Part shown: positions 18,350 to 28,611 of the stretch, piece by piece | Numbering within the stretch: position 1 is the stretch's first letter | Layout: each line of letters opens with the position of its first letter | Origin: an uncultured Bacteroidota bacterium | GTDB lineage: Bacteria; Bacteroidota; Ignavibacteria; UBA10030; UBA8401 | Direction of reading: 5' to 3' | DNA: 64,000 nt | NCBI GenBank assembly: GCA_963843065.1 | Contig: CAWJKX010000196.1 | Span: forward strand, 1,109-65,108 | Program-made: the position numbers and the translations under genes | Notes under the pieces: generated by a model | Databases searched by the model: none | Told to the model about the DNA's origin: nothing | What the model saw: only the letters and a program-made list of their open reading frames with translations

Positions 18350-19645
18350 ATGCAACCCTTCGAGAACGATAAAAACATGGCTGAATGTTTCAAATATAGA
18401 GACAGGGAAATGTTCTGTGAGGATGTGCGGATCGCCGATATTGTTCGCGATGTCGGGACGCCTGCGTACATCTACAGCAAGGCCTCTTTCGTAGAGGCCT
18501 TCCGCGACTTCGACACGGCGTTCTCGGGAGTTGACCATCTTGTCTGTTTTTCGCTAAAAGCGAATTCCAACTTAAACGTTTGCCGGATATTTTATAATGC
18601 TGGGAGCGGTATCGACTGTAATTCCGGCGGAGAATTTTACCGCGCGCTGAAGGCCGGCGTTGACCCTCGAGTGATCGTTTTTACCGGTGTAGGAAAAACA
18701 GCGGAAGAAATCCGCACTGTGCTGCAACACCCCATCATCATGCTCAAAGCCGAATCGCTGCAGGAGCTGCATCTTATCAACACTATTGCCGGCGAATTGA
18801 ACATCAAAGCCCCTGTTGGCATCCGCGTCAACCCCGATGTCGATGCGAAAACACATCCGTACATTTCCACCGGATTATCCGAAAATAAGTTCGGCATTGA
18901 TTCGTCTCAGGCAGTCCGCGCATTCGAACTCGCGGCATCGCTGCCGAACCTTCGCATCGCAGGAATCGACATGCATATCGGATCGCAGATAACGAGCGCG
19001 GGGCCGTTCATCGAAGCATGCAGAAAACTGGCAGAACTTGCCGCAGCGTTGAAACGCGGTGGCATCATGCTCAGCCATTTTGATGTCGGCGGCGGCCTCG
19101 GAATTTCATACGACAACGGCGCAAGCACATCGCCTCATGAACTTGCAAACCAACTTCTCCCGATTCTCACCGGCGTCGGATGCAAAATCCTTTTCGAGCC
19201 GGGAAGATTCCTCACCGCCAATGCAGGGATTCTTGCAACGAAGGTGCTATACGTTAAACAGAACGGGAAAAAGAATTTTATTGTTGTGGATGCCGCGATG
19301 AACGACCTCCTTCGTCCGAGCCTTTACAAGGCTTTCCATAAAATCAAACCCGTCGCACAAACAAGTGATAAAACAATTGTTGCGGATATTGTTGGGCCTG
19401 TCTGCGAGTCTGCAGATTTTTTTGCACAAGGACGCGAAATCCAGAAAAGCGAACAAGGCGATGTGCTCGCCGTTATGTCTGCAGGCGCATACTCATTTGT
19501 GATGAGCTCAAACTACAATCAGCGGCGCCGCGCTCCTGAAGTGATCGTTGATGGAAATAAGTACTCCATTGTGCGGGAACGCGAGACGTATGAGGACTTA
19601 GTTGCAAAAGAACACCTTGTCGCCGACCTCATCAATCTGCGGTAA
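18350..19645 (+). CDS. lysA: Diaminopimelate decarboxylase
   Basis: 431 aa; the start could instead be the ATG at 18377. Fold-III PLP decarboxylase motifs: FSLKANSN (PLP lysine), HIGSQ, FDVGGGLGI, EPGR and CESAD. Confidence 0.9.
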   Translation: MQPFENDKNMAECFKYRDREMFCEDVRIADIVRDVGTPAYIYSKASFVEAFRDFDTAFSGVDHLVCFSLKANSNLNVCRIFYNAGSGIDCNSGGEFYRALKAGVDPRVIVFTGVGKTAEEIRTVLQHPIIMLKAESLQELHLINTIAGELNIKAPVGIRVNPDVDAKTHPYISTGLSENKFGIDSSQAVRAFELAASLPNLRIAGIDMHIGSQITSAGPFIEACRKLAELAAALKRGGIMLSHFDVGGGLGISYDNGASTSPHELANQLLPILTGVGCKILFEPGRFLTANAGILATKVLYVKQNGKKNFIVVDAAMNDLLRPSLYKAFHKIKPVAQTSDKTIVADIVGPVCESADFFAQGREIQKSEQGDVLAVMSAGAYSFVMSSNYNQRRRAPEVIVDGNKYSIVRERETYEDLVAKEHLVADLINLR

Positions 19646-19776
19646 GAGCGGTCCGCAGTAGAATCCTTCGGAAGGCTGCCTGCTTAGATGCCGTACACCT
19701 TATCAAAAAAATTGGAATACGGTGAAATAATTGACAATGTAAATCGACAAGGTGTCCGACATCTTTCCAAAATGAG

Positions 19777-19907
19777 GGTAGTGTTACAATCTCAAAGTAA
19801 ATGTCTTTCCGGCGAAAGCCGGAATCCAGTTTAATCGGTCTGGATGCCAGCTTTCGCTGGCATGACACACATTTTTCGGTTTGATATGCTTAAACTGTAA
19901 CACTACC
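19777..19907 (+). mobile_element. MITE family B, copy 1 (131 bp)
   Basis: Terminal inverted repeats GGTAGTGTTACA / TGTAACACTACC. Internal hairpins are TTCCGGCGAAAGCCGGAA and ATGCCAGCTTTCGCTGGCAT. The 9-mer CAAAATGAG occurs at both junctions (19769-19777 and 19907-19915). Confidence 0.8.
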
Positions 19908-19963
19908 AAAATGAGCATTTCCTTGGTTTGATTAATTCGTATCAGTTCGTTATATTAGAAGTA

Positions 19964-20314
19964 ATGCCAATCACTCAACGACGACTTATTCCCATCCTGT
20001 TGCTCTTTGTTTATGCAACAGGCTTATTGCTTGTTGCGCCGCATACGGAGCTGGACCTTATTTCCGGCTCCGGCAACGTACAATTGGCGACGCACGCCGA
20101 TGCGGACAATTGCAAGCATATCCCTATCTCGAATCTGGATTCGTGCCCCATTTGTGCGTCTGTAGCGGGCAGAGCCATTCTGAATCCGGCGCCGTTTACG
20201 CTTGAATTTATTGATGCCGCTCCTGTCCCGCAAGTTTTCTCTTTTTCTTCTTCTTATTCCTTTGCCCTTTTAACTTCTATTTCCCGGCGCGGTCCCCCTT
20301 CTCTCCTCGTTTAA
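19964..20314 (+). CDS. Small membrane-anchored Cys/His protein (DUF2946-like), upstream of a TonB-dependent receptor
   Basis: About 116 aa from MPITQRRLIPILLLFVYATGLLL (a TM anchor). Has HADADNCKHIPISNLDSCPICASV and the C-terminus SRRGPPSLL. Position and size match the small proteins that often precede metal-type TonB receptors. Confidence 0.5.
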   Translation: MPITQRRLIPILLLFVYATGLLLVAPHTELDLISGSGNVQLATHADADNCKHIPISNLDSCPICASVAGRAILNPAPFTLEFIDAAPVPQVFSFSSSYSFALLTSISRRGPPSLLV

Positions 20315-20400
20315 TCCTCTGATACTTTACGTTCGTTCTAATGCGGATTAATCGTTCCGCCTGTCTTATACTCTATTAATTTTTTGAGAGAGAAAGAATT

Positions 20401-22933
20401 ATGCGCTCTATTCTTATTCCGTTAATGTTTCTCACCTGTACTAGCTGGCTTTTCGGGCAAAATACACTTCAGTCGGATGACGGAACTGGCTCCAAAATAT
20501 TTCCATCTGTTGGAGATGCTCTTTCCCGGCCAGCTCAAAATATTCCGCCCTCGGAAAAAAATGCCCTCGGGGCGGAAATCCACGGCACCGACGCCGACAT
20601 GCCGGCGGCAAACGACGACCGTCTGCAATTCCGTGTTTCGGTCAACGATGCCGATGGAAATGTTCCTATTGAGCTTGCACGCGTTGCACTCTCAATCGAT
20701 GGAAGATATATTGCAAACACTGTGACTAATCCCGCCGGCCAGGCGCGATTTCGCGACATCAAAGCAGGAGCATACCGCATCACTGCCTGGTTCGTCGGTT
20801 ACGACACGTTTGTCGATTCCATAACCGTCGACAAAGACCATTCGACTTACAAAATCATTCTCCATTCACTTGGCACTACGGAAAAAGAAGTCGTCGTCGT
20901 AGGACAACGCGATCCGAGTTCTTCAAACATTAACCCTGTCACCGCCAACCAGGTGTTTGAATCGGAGACGTTCCATGCGCCGCCGACGGCACGGATGACA
21001 AATGTTATCCAGGAAAATCTTATGGGAGCAGCGCGAGCTCCGACCGGAGAAGTACATATCCGCGGACAGCATGGTGAATTCACGTACTACGTCGACGGCA
21101 TTCCGGTTCCGCTCGGAGTTTTCGGAGGATTGAATGAAATCGTCGATCCGAAGGTTATTGACCGCATCACATTTATCACCGGCGGTTTTCCTGCGGAATA
21201 CGGAGGACAAATGTCTGCAATCATCGACCTCAACAATCGGGTCCCAACCGGTACGTTCCACCTCGACGCTTCAACGTACGTCGGCAGCTATCTTACTTTT
21301 AACGGAACTACGCCTTTTTCACCGGGGACACTGGGGAATCCGCATCGCCTGGAGATACGCTTGGCAGCAGAGTCGGTCCATTTCGCGCTCTCAACTCCAA
21401 CGGACAAGACCTTTCTCTCAGCGACCACATTGGAAACTTGGGGTTCTTCCTTTCGGGCTCACGCCAGGAAACCGACCGGCGCATCGATCCGCCGACCCCG
21501 GACATTTTCAACGACCATGGGTTTCGATTACTTTCCTTTACGGAAAATTCGATTATGTCCTCAGCGACAACGAATATTTGACCGCGAACCTCAATATCGG
21601 GAAGACCAACACGCAGGTTCCATACGATTCTGTAGAAGCGATTGCCAAAGACATCCAACAGACGTCGAACTCATTCCAAAACGTTTCGTACTTCAGAGCG
21701 CTCAATTCCGAAATCGATCGGGAATCGAATCTTTTTATCGGGGGATTCGCACGCGAGGGAGAACTTATTTACACTCCGGGGTCAATCGACCCGCCAAACT
21801 TTGAATTCGCGGGGGACACAGTGCACAAATACCTGCTTTCCGAAGACAGGACGTTCACGACGATTGGCATGAGAACGACGTTTGACAAACGGCTGGCACA
21901 TGAGCTTATGTATAAAATCGGTCTCAATTTTTCCAGCACGAGCGGGAAAGAGGATTTTACTTCCAAAGATTCAGTCCAGAATCCCGGCCCCACAGACTTG
22001 ACAAATTTCAAAGGGTCGGATTTTGGAGTGTTCGGCGAAGTAGATTACCACCCGATGGAATGGACATTGTTTGAACTCGGCGCGCGCTACGACCAGCATA
22101 TCGCTCCCGATATCCCGCTCCAGCACCAAATTAGTCCACGCATTCGGTGGAATTTCCTTATCGATGACAACAACACCGCATATCTGTACTACGGAAAATT
22201 GTTCATGCCGACAAATATTGAAGGACTGAGAACCATCGCTCTCAATGTGAGCAACACCCTTGTTCCGACGCTGCCGGAGAGAGATAATTTTTACGAAGCC
22301 GTCTATACGCATGGTTTCGATTTCGGACTCCGGAGCAAGATGGCGTACTTCTACAAAGACGCGACACCGGGAGTTGACGACGAGACTGTCGGCGGCAGTG
22401 CCATCAAAACTCCGGTCAATATCCAAGAAGTGAAAACGCAGGGAATAGAACTCGGATTTACCTACAATCTTCCGGAAACTCCTTTTTCAGGGTTCCTGAA
22501 CGGAGCTCTTACGCATGCGTACGGAACGGGCCTGATCAGCGGCGGGTTTTTGAATTTTGATACGGACGGAAACGGAACGGATCTCGATCATGATCAGCGG
22601 CTTTCGATTACTACGGGTCTCAACTATCAACCGCAAGATTGGTTCTACAATCTTGTAGGCATCTACGGCTCAGGGCTTGCGAACGGAAATCCGGATGCCG
22701 TTTACAAAAATGGTCTCTTCGATTTCAACACATCGGCGCATACGACCCCATCGTGGATTTTCAACGTTAGCGTCGGTCATACAATTCATCTTCAAGGAGG
22801 TTCCTCGCTTGAGCCTTCACTCTACGTAACGAATCTCCTGGATCACGATCACCTGATCAAAGGAACATATTTCAGCGGAGCAAGCTGGGAAGAACCACGA
22901 AACGTAGTGTTTAGACTCTCATACCATATATAA
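20401..22933 (+). CDS. TonB-dependent receptor with CarboxypepD_reg-like N-domain; two frameshifts as assembled
   Basis: ORFs 20401-21804 and 21134-22933 are bridged by the third frame about 21325-21535 (LSLSDHIGNLGFFLSGSRQETDRRIDPPTPDIFNDHGF). Signal peptide, then a plug domain (IRGQHGEFTYYVDGIPV), then a barrel ending NVVFRLSYHI. Needs one added base in G-run 21324-21327 and one near 21531-21540. Confidence 0.85.
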
Positions 22934-22958
22934 ATACGGATGCGCGATGCGTTTTGAG

Positions 22959-22996
22959 ACGGGGCTTTTATCTCTTGATGAAGCCCCGTTTTTTTA
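22959..22996 (+). terminator. Rho-independent terminator after the TonB receptor
   Basis: ACGGGGCTT (22959-67) pairs with AAGCCCCGT (22981-89) across a 13-nt loop and is followed by T7. Confidence 0.8.
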
Positions 22997-23533
22997 TGAG
23001 ATTTCGCCGCAAGCGCCGGGATATTGAACCCATTAGTGAATGAATTTCCGCTGTACCAGTTTCGCGTAACAGCGATAGCTCTTAAACTCCATTGTTTCAA
23101 TACATCATTACCGGGGATTAGCATTTCACAAAGCAACTCTAACTGCGACGACCTTCCTTCCAAAACCTGCTACAAACATCACAAAGACCCTAAAAATACT
23201 CAGAATCCCGACTTGTAAATTCTACATTTTTCATATTTTGGCCGAAATGAAAGATCTTCAACCTCTCAACTTGCTGTGACTCTTCCTTTTACCTGAGCGA
23301 AAGCCGTTTAAAAAACTGAGCTTTAGAGGCATTCCACATCTTATTTCACCGGTGTAATATTTACAAAATGCCTGAAATTTTAGAAATAGAGGCAACTTCG
23401 CGTAGTGCTTGTTTCGGCCTCGTCTACTCTCTTAACTTCATTGTAAGCAATCAATTACAAGTGTTTTTCATGTTCAGGATTCGTTGGACTTCACTTTGCA
23501 ACTCTTCTCTGCATAACTCAAGGAGAAGGCAAC

Positions 23534-24113
23534 GTGAAAACATCAAGAAAAGAATCGAATCTGATAAAGAGAGTAATGCTGACTCTTCTTTTCGTTTTCA
23601 CGGCTTCCAACAGTCAGACCTTCGACCTCCTTTCTGCAAAATCAACCGACAAAGTAGCCCAAAGCAAATTTTTTGAGATCGACAGCAACAAAGTCCTCAA
23701 CGAGTACAACTTGTTTGCATTCAACTCACCCGTCTCCCGCATATACGATTCAGTGTTCGAAGTTGCCGGAATTACTGCCGCCGTCTCTGCCGTTAACAAT
23801 TCAAACGTCGGCACAGCGAAAGATCTTTTCCCTCGATCAGAATTATCCGAACCCATTCAATCCGTCAACAACGATTCATTTCAATGTTGGTAAGAGAGCA
23901 AAAGTTTCCGTAGTTTTGTTCGATGCGACGGGGAAGAAAGTAACAACCCTGGTGAATGACAGTAAAGAAGCGGGAAGCTACAATGTGAGATGGAATGGAA
24001 CGTCGGGCAACGGTGCTTCGGTCGCAACCGGAACGTATTTCTGCCGAATGCTTGCAACTGCCGACGACGGAAGCACGACAATGGAAACAAAAAAAATGGC
24101 GTTGATCAAATGA
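23534..24113 (+). CDS. Small secreted protein with T9SS C-terminal sorting domain; one frameshift as assembled
   Basis: ORFs 23534-23893 and 23673-24113 join at T-run 23826-23829. The N-terminus is ...VMLTLLFVFTASNSQ (signal-like). The join reads ...GTAKDLSLDQNYPNPFNPSTTIHFNV...GTYFCRMLA...KKMALIK. Length is 580 nt (3n+1). Confidence 0.7.
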
Positions 24114-26530
24114 GGATGAAAACATCGGTTAGCTTTAGCGGAATAGTTGTTCTCATCGCCGCGCTCTGCTTGCCGGTGTTCGGACAAAATCTGATTGTGA
24201 AAAAATTCGGTGCCAAGGATAGTCTTCAAAAATTCAGTTCAAACACATCGCTGCAGCAGGTAATTCAGGGGGGAAAAGTCCTCTCAGCCATGAGCGTGGA
24301 TGAAAACCAAAAAGTAAATGTGATTGTCGAACTTTCAACACCGGTGGTATTTCATCCAAAAGGGATTACTGTCAGCAACCGGGCCGCCGCATCTCAGCAG
24401 AGAAGCATGTTTGTGAACAGGATTCTTTCCATTTCATCCACTGCGAAAATTCTCCATCAATTCTCGCAAATTATAAACGGCGTTTCCCTTAACGCTGCCC
24501 GGTCCGAAATCGAGCAGATGGCAGCCCTCCCGGAAGTAAAGCGCATTTATGAAGATAAAAAAGTAACAGCGTTTTCAGCCTCGTCATCAATGAAACCTGC
24601 ACCCGCATCAACTCAATCGGATGCAACTCTCACAGCAACCGGTAAGGGAGTAAAGGTGGGAGTCATTGACACGGGAGTTGATTATTTGCATGAAGCGCTG
24701 GGCGGGGGTTTTGGTCCGGGCTTTAAAGTGGCCGGCGGTTACGATTTTGTAAATAACAAGCCCGATCCTCTCGACGACAACGGACATGGAACGCATGTCG
24801 CCGGAATAATCGCCGGAAACTCCGCATCATTGAAAAGCATGGCGCCCGATGCCCGGTTGTTTGCCTATAAAGTTCTCGACGCATCGGGAAACGGAAACGC
24901 TTCAACAGTCATAGCCGGAATCGAGCAAGCGATGATGGACAGCGTCGATATCATCAACCTTAGTTTAGGAACTTCGGACGGCGATCCCGACGATATCCTC
25001 TCGCAAGCGGTCGACCGAGCGGTTGACGCGGGTATCGTTGTCGTCGTGGCGGCAGGCAACGACGGCGACTACGGCACGATTTCTTCCCCCGGAGCTGCCC
25101 GCGAGGCGTTGACCGTCGGGGCGATCGATTCTCTGCAATCCATTGCCGCATTCAGTTCGAAAGGACCTTCGAATAAAATCTACGGGATCAAACCCGACGT
25201 TGTCGCTCCCGGAGTGAATATTCTATCGGCGAAGATGGGGGGCGGTTACATCACAATGAGCGGAACATCGATGGCCGCTCCCTACGCGACGGCCGTTGCA
25301 GCAACTCTGCGGCAATTGCATCCGGAGTGGAGCGCGCTTGAAATACGGGATGCCATGATCACCGCGACGGAAGATTTGGGCTCATCGATTTTTTCTCAAG
25401 GCAAAGGGAAACTCGATACTTCCAAAATCAACGGAGTTGAGTCGTTCGCGACCCCCGCAACACTGAGTTTTGGGTTCGACAATTCTTCGACAGGGGAATG
25501 GACGCATACAGATACGATCTCTCTCACTAACGTCTCTCCTTCATCAAAGACCTATGCATTCAAAAACTTTTCTTCATCCGGCGGAATCGACGTTCAATTC
25601 TCTTCCGCCGCAGCGACTCTCTCTTCACATGAGACAAAGAGCATTGTCGTAGAAGTGAGCATCAATAATTCTCTCCTCCCCAACAACACACTTCTTTACC
25701 AGGGATACGGCGGACAAATTCTTGCAATTTCAAACAGCGATACGGTTATTGTTCCTTACGTTTTTTTTAAGGGGACGGTATTCCAGGTCTCATTCAGCGA
25801 AACCCCGTTTCAAGTCGTCATCCATGACCGGAAAAGCAATTCGTACTATTTCAATCCGACAAATTCATTCCTTACAGCGGTCGTTCCTGCCGGAACATAC
25901 GACATCATCACAGCGTTTTCAGGATCAGCGTACGTCATCAAAGAAAATTTGAATACGCTGGATAATTTAGAAGTCTCAATTGATAGGCAGCAGGCAAATC
26001 ATGTTGTAACAGTATCGCCGACCGATGAAAACGGAGAAACCCTGATTCCCGTCGGAACGAATACCTCGTGCAGTTACATCGAGGCATTGATGCACAACTC
26101 GTCGGGGATCAGTGAAGTGTTGTTGGGAGGGGGAAAGGTTCAAACAGCGTCGCTCGTTCAGACGATGTATTTTTCAGATGTGAGCAGCAATTATTCCTTC
26201 GGGTATGCCATCAATGTCCAGTATGGAAACCTGAAATCTTATACATTCGACATTGAATTGGATTCGGGCATTACCGCTTCTCAGTCCGTCCAGTTTGCAG
26301 CGTCCGATCTTAAGAGGGTGGATTTCAAGTACGAGATCGATTCAACGGTAACGAAAGTGTTTCCGATTACGTGGTCGACATTTGTCCAGCAGAATAACGT
26401 TATTGCTGTGACGTACTACGACGGAAACGACGCGCCTCTTCTTTATCCCTTTGCCCAGACAGGGTATTACACGCGGCGGGCATCCTCAAAGTTTCCTATC
26501 TTCCATTTTAGAGAAGCCTACAAGTACTAA
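24110..26530 (+). CDS. Subtilisin-like serine peptidase (S8) with long C-terminal beta-rich extension
   Basis: About 806 aa from the ATG at 24110, which overlaps the upstream stop as ATGA. Signal peptide MRMKTSVSFSGIVVLIAALCLPVFGQ. Catalytic triad motifs VGVIDTGVD, HGTHVAGII and GTSMAAPY. No T9SS tail is visible. Confidence 0.9.
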   Translation: MRMKTSVSFSGIVVLIAALCLPVFGQNLIVKKFGAKDSLQKFSSNTSLQQVIQGGKVLSAMSVDENQKVNVIVELSTPVVFHPKGITVSNRAAASQQRSMFVNRILSISSTAKILHQFSQIINGVSLNAARSEIEQMAALPEVKRIYEDKKVTAFSASSSMKPAPASTQSDATLTATGKGVKVGVIDTGVDYLHEALGGGFGPGFKVAGGYDFVNNKPDPLDDNGHGTHVAGIIAGNSASLKSMAPDARLFAYKVLDASGNGNASTVIAGIEQAMMDSVDIINLSLGTSDGDPDDILSQAVDRAVDAGIVVVVAAGNDGDYGTISSPGAAREALTVGAIDSLQSIAAFSSKGPSNKIYGIKPDVVAPGVNILSAKMGGGYITMSGTSMAAPYATAVAATLRQLHPEWSALEIRDAMITATEDLGSSIFSQGKGKLDTSKINGVESFATPATLSFGFDNSSTGEWTHTDTISLTNVSPSSKTYAFKNFSSSGGIDVQFSSAAATLSSHETKSIVVEVSINNSLLPNNTLLYQGYGGQILAISNSDTVIVPYVFFKGTVFQVSFSETPFQVVIHDRKSNSYYFNPTNSFLTAVVPAGTYDIITAFSGSAYVIKENLNTLDNLEVSIDRQQANHVVTVSPTDENGETLIPVGTNTSCSYIEALMHNSSGISEVLLGGGKVQTASLVQTMYFSDVSSNYSFGYAINVQYGNLKSYTFDIELDSGITASQSVQFAASDLKRVDFKYEIDSTVTKVFPITWSTFVQQNNVIAVTYYDGNDAPLLYPFAQTGYYTRRASSKFPIFHFREAYKY

Positions 26531-26642
26531 AGGTTATCTCAACAAGGTAAAGACAGATCTTTCGACGCGTTATCACACTCAGCAATTTCCATCCTCATCG
26601 GTCGTCTCTTCCCAGAGAACATTCACTTGCTAATCGATATTG

Positions 26643-26773
26643 GGTAGTGTTACAGTTTGAGCATATCAAACCGAAAAATGTGTGTCATGCCAGCGAAAGC
26701 TGGCATCCAGGCCGATTAAACTGGATTCCGGCTTTCGCCGGAATGACATTTACTTCGAAATTGTAACACTACC
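26643..26773 (-). mobile_element. MITE family B, copy 2 (131 bp, inverted relative to copy 1)
   Basis: About 95% identical to the reverse complement of 19777-19907. The junction 9-mers are CGATATTGG (26635-43) and CGAAATTGG (26774-82), which match at 8 of 9 positions. Confidence 0.8.
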
Positions 26774-26921
26774 CGAAATTGGAAATTCTCTCCGAGAAAC
26801 TAACTCAACGATGCATCGCACGTCGTTCTTCATTGCAAAATAAATGCCGCGTCATTATCTATGAAGAAGGTCTTCTGCAAAGTGTCATCGATCGCTCTTT
26901 CAAGCAAAGTATCCAACGATT

Positions 26922-27131
26922 TTACTTGACTATTATATAACGAATACGCAAATTCTCTGCAAGTAATTCAGTCTTATGCATTGTCGGGAAAGGCGGGGCG
27001 ACATTGTAGTCAGGGTAGCAAATTACTTCCGTCCTCTCTGCACTTCGCAGGAAAGAATTCCAAAATATTTTTGGTGCTCTATCATCCATCCACTGAGAGA
27101 AATGATTCATTTTTTCCCCCATCTTTTGCAT
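26922..27131 (-). CDS. Hypothetical small protein (uncertain)
   Basis: The ORF has protein-like composition (HFSQWMDDRAPKIFWNSFLRS...YPDYNVAPPFP). The track start at 27203 would overlap the divergent lipoprotein start, so internal ATGs at 27131, 27122 or 27110 are more plausible. A downstream frame continues plausibly to 26830 (KSLDTLLERAIDDTLQKTFFIDNDAAFILQ). Confidence 0.25.
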   Translation of the reverse strand: MQKMGEKMNHFSQWMDDRAPKIFWNSFLRSAERTEVICYPDYNVAPPFPTMHKTELLAENLRIRYIIVK

Positions 27132-27187
27132 CGGGTTGGCGGGGATGTATTCCTGAATTACCTTCAATCCTTCAAGGTTGCACTCAC

Positions 27188-28487
27188 ATGAAAACAACAT
27201 CATTCAAATTCTTCGTTCTGTTTTCTCTACTTTCATTCACTTGCAAGAAAAATGGTCCCATAACGCCGCCCGATACTACAGTTGCATTGACGGCAGACAA
27301 TGCGAACTGCACAGAAGTCTATTTAGAGTTAAAGCTAGGAGCGGGCATTACTACCCGCAGTGTAATACTCAAGCGAGACTCGATAACTATTTTTACAAAA
27401 ACAATTAACGCAACCGATACGGTGTTGGCGGATACCGGCCTGATTCCGAACCACACGTTTACCTATACTGCAATACTGGGAGGAGAAACACAAAAGTGCA
27501 CAGCAACCACGCTTGGTACCACGAGCAGCAACTTCACCTGGCAGTCGTTTACATTGGGTGGCGCTGCATCCAGTGCATTGTATGACGTAGCGATCATTAA
27601 CGATACGCTGGCGTATGCCGTAGGTCAAATGTATATAAATGACTCGACGGGGCTGGTTGACCAACAACCATATAATTTGGCAATATGGAATGGACAAAAA
27701 TGGCAACTTATCAGAATTTATTTTAACACCGTTTGTGGCCAATCAAATCTGACGCCATATCCCGCGACTGCAATTTTTGCTTTATCCGACACAGATATAT
27801 GGATAGCGGGAGCAGGACAAGTTGTTCGATTTAATGGACACTCACAGAATCCGCCTACGTGCGTTGAATCACCCACCTCCTTTGCAATAAACAGACTTTG
27901 GGGGAATAATGCCAATTCCATGTACGTTGTTGGTGATGGCGGCTCAATTGCTCACTACAACGGCAACAATTGGACGAAGATCGAGAGTGGGACGACCCTG
28001 GACGTGCGTGATATATGGGGCGCACAAAATACAAACACAAGCGCGTGGGAGATATATGCAACTGCGGGTAATCCTTTAATCAGCCCAGATCGAGAAATAA
28101 TACAAATATCCGGCACTACAGTCCAAGCGATCTTAGCTCAAGGAATCGGTGGAGGACTGAACGGGATCTGGTTTTCACCTGAACATTACTACTGGGCAGT
28201 TGGAGACGGAACATGGGAGAAGCATCCAACTCTCACTGATGCGATCTGGCACAGTCAAACGTTGACATCTTATACCATTGATGCCGTGAGGGGTAACGGG
28301 ATCAATGATGTGTTCATGTGTGGAGCGTATGGAGAAGTTCTTCATTTCAACGGAGTTTCCTGGAAGAGTTATCAAACTCAAACCGGGATAGCGGGAGCGT
28401 ACCTTGGATTAGCTGTACCGAGGAAATACAGTCATTGCGGTGGGAGAGGAACCACCGCAGGCTGTCGTACTCATTGGCAAACGCTGA
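27188..28487 (+). CDS. Probable lipoprotein, Ycf48/BNR-like beta-propeller (paralog 2 of 3); C-terminal frameshift as assembled
   Basis: Starts MKTTSFKFFVLFSLLSFTCKKNGPITPP. Blades: IWNGQKWQL, IAHYNGNNWTKIESGT and LHFNGVSWKSY. After about 28413-28418 the +1 frame reads YRGNTVIAVGEEPPQAVVLIGKR-stop (28485-87). This matches the paralog C-termini NGNLVIAVG...AIGRR and NGDVVIAVG...MGMRQ. The assembled frame runs on to 28519 with unrelated sequence. Confidence 0.7.
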
Positions 28488-28611
28488 CAATCAAGATAAA
28501 GGAGGGGGTGATTCTATGAGAACAAAATAACGTTGCCGCTGTTGTTACGAGCATAACGGCAACGCAACAAAGAAATAGTTGCCATTACAACTGTTTGAAA
28601 AAGGAAAGTTG

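Noticed and set aside
17453-18538. 361-aa minus-strand ORF across asd and the lysA start.
   Set aside because: It is antisense to two strongly conserved genes, has Arg/His/Phe-rich shadow composition, and shows no recognisable motif.
19777-26773. Composite transposon formed by the two inverted MITE copies.
   Set aside because: Each copy has its own direct 9-bp duplication, which indicates two independent insertions. The outer flanks of the pair do not share a duplication, and no transposase lies between them.
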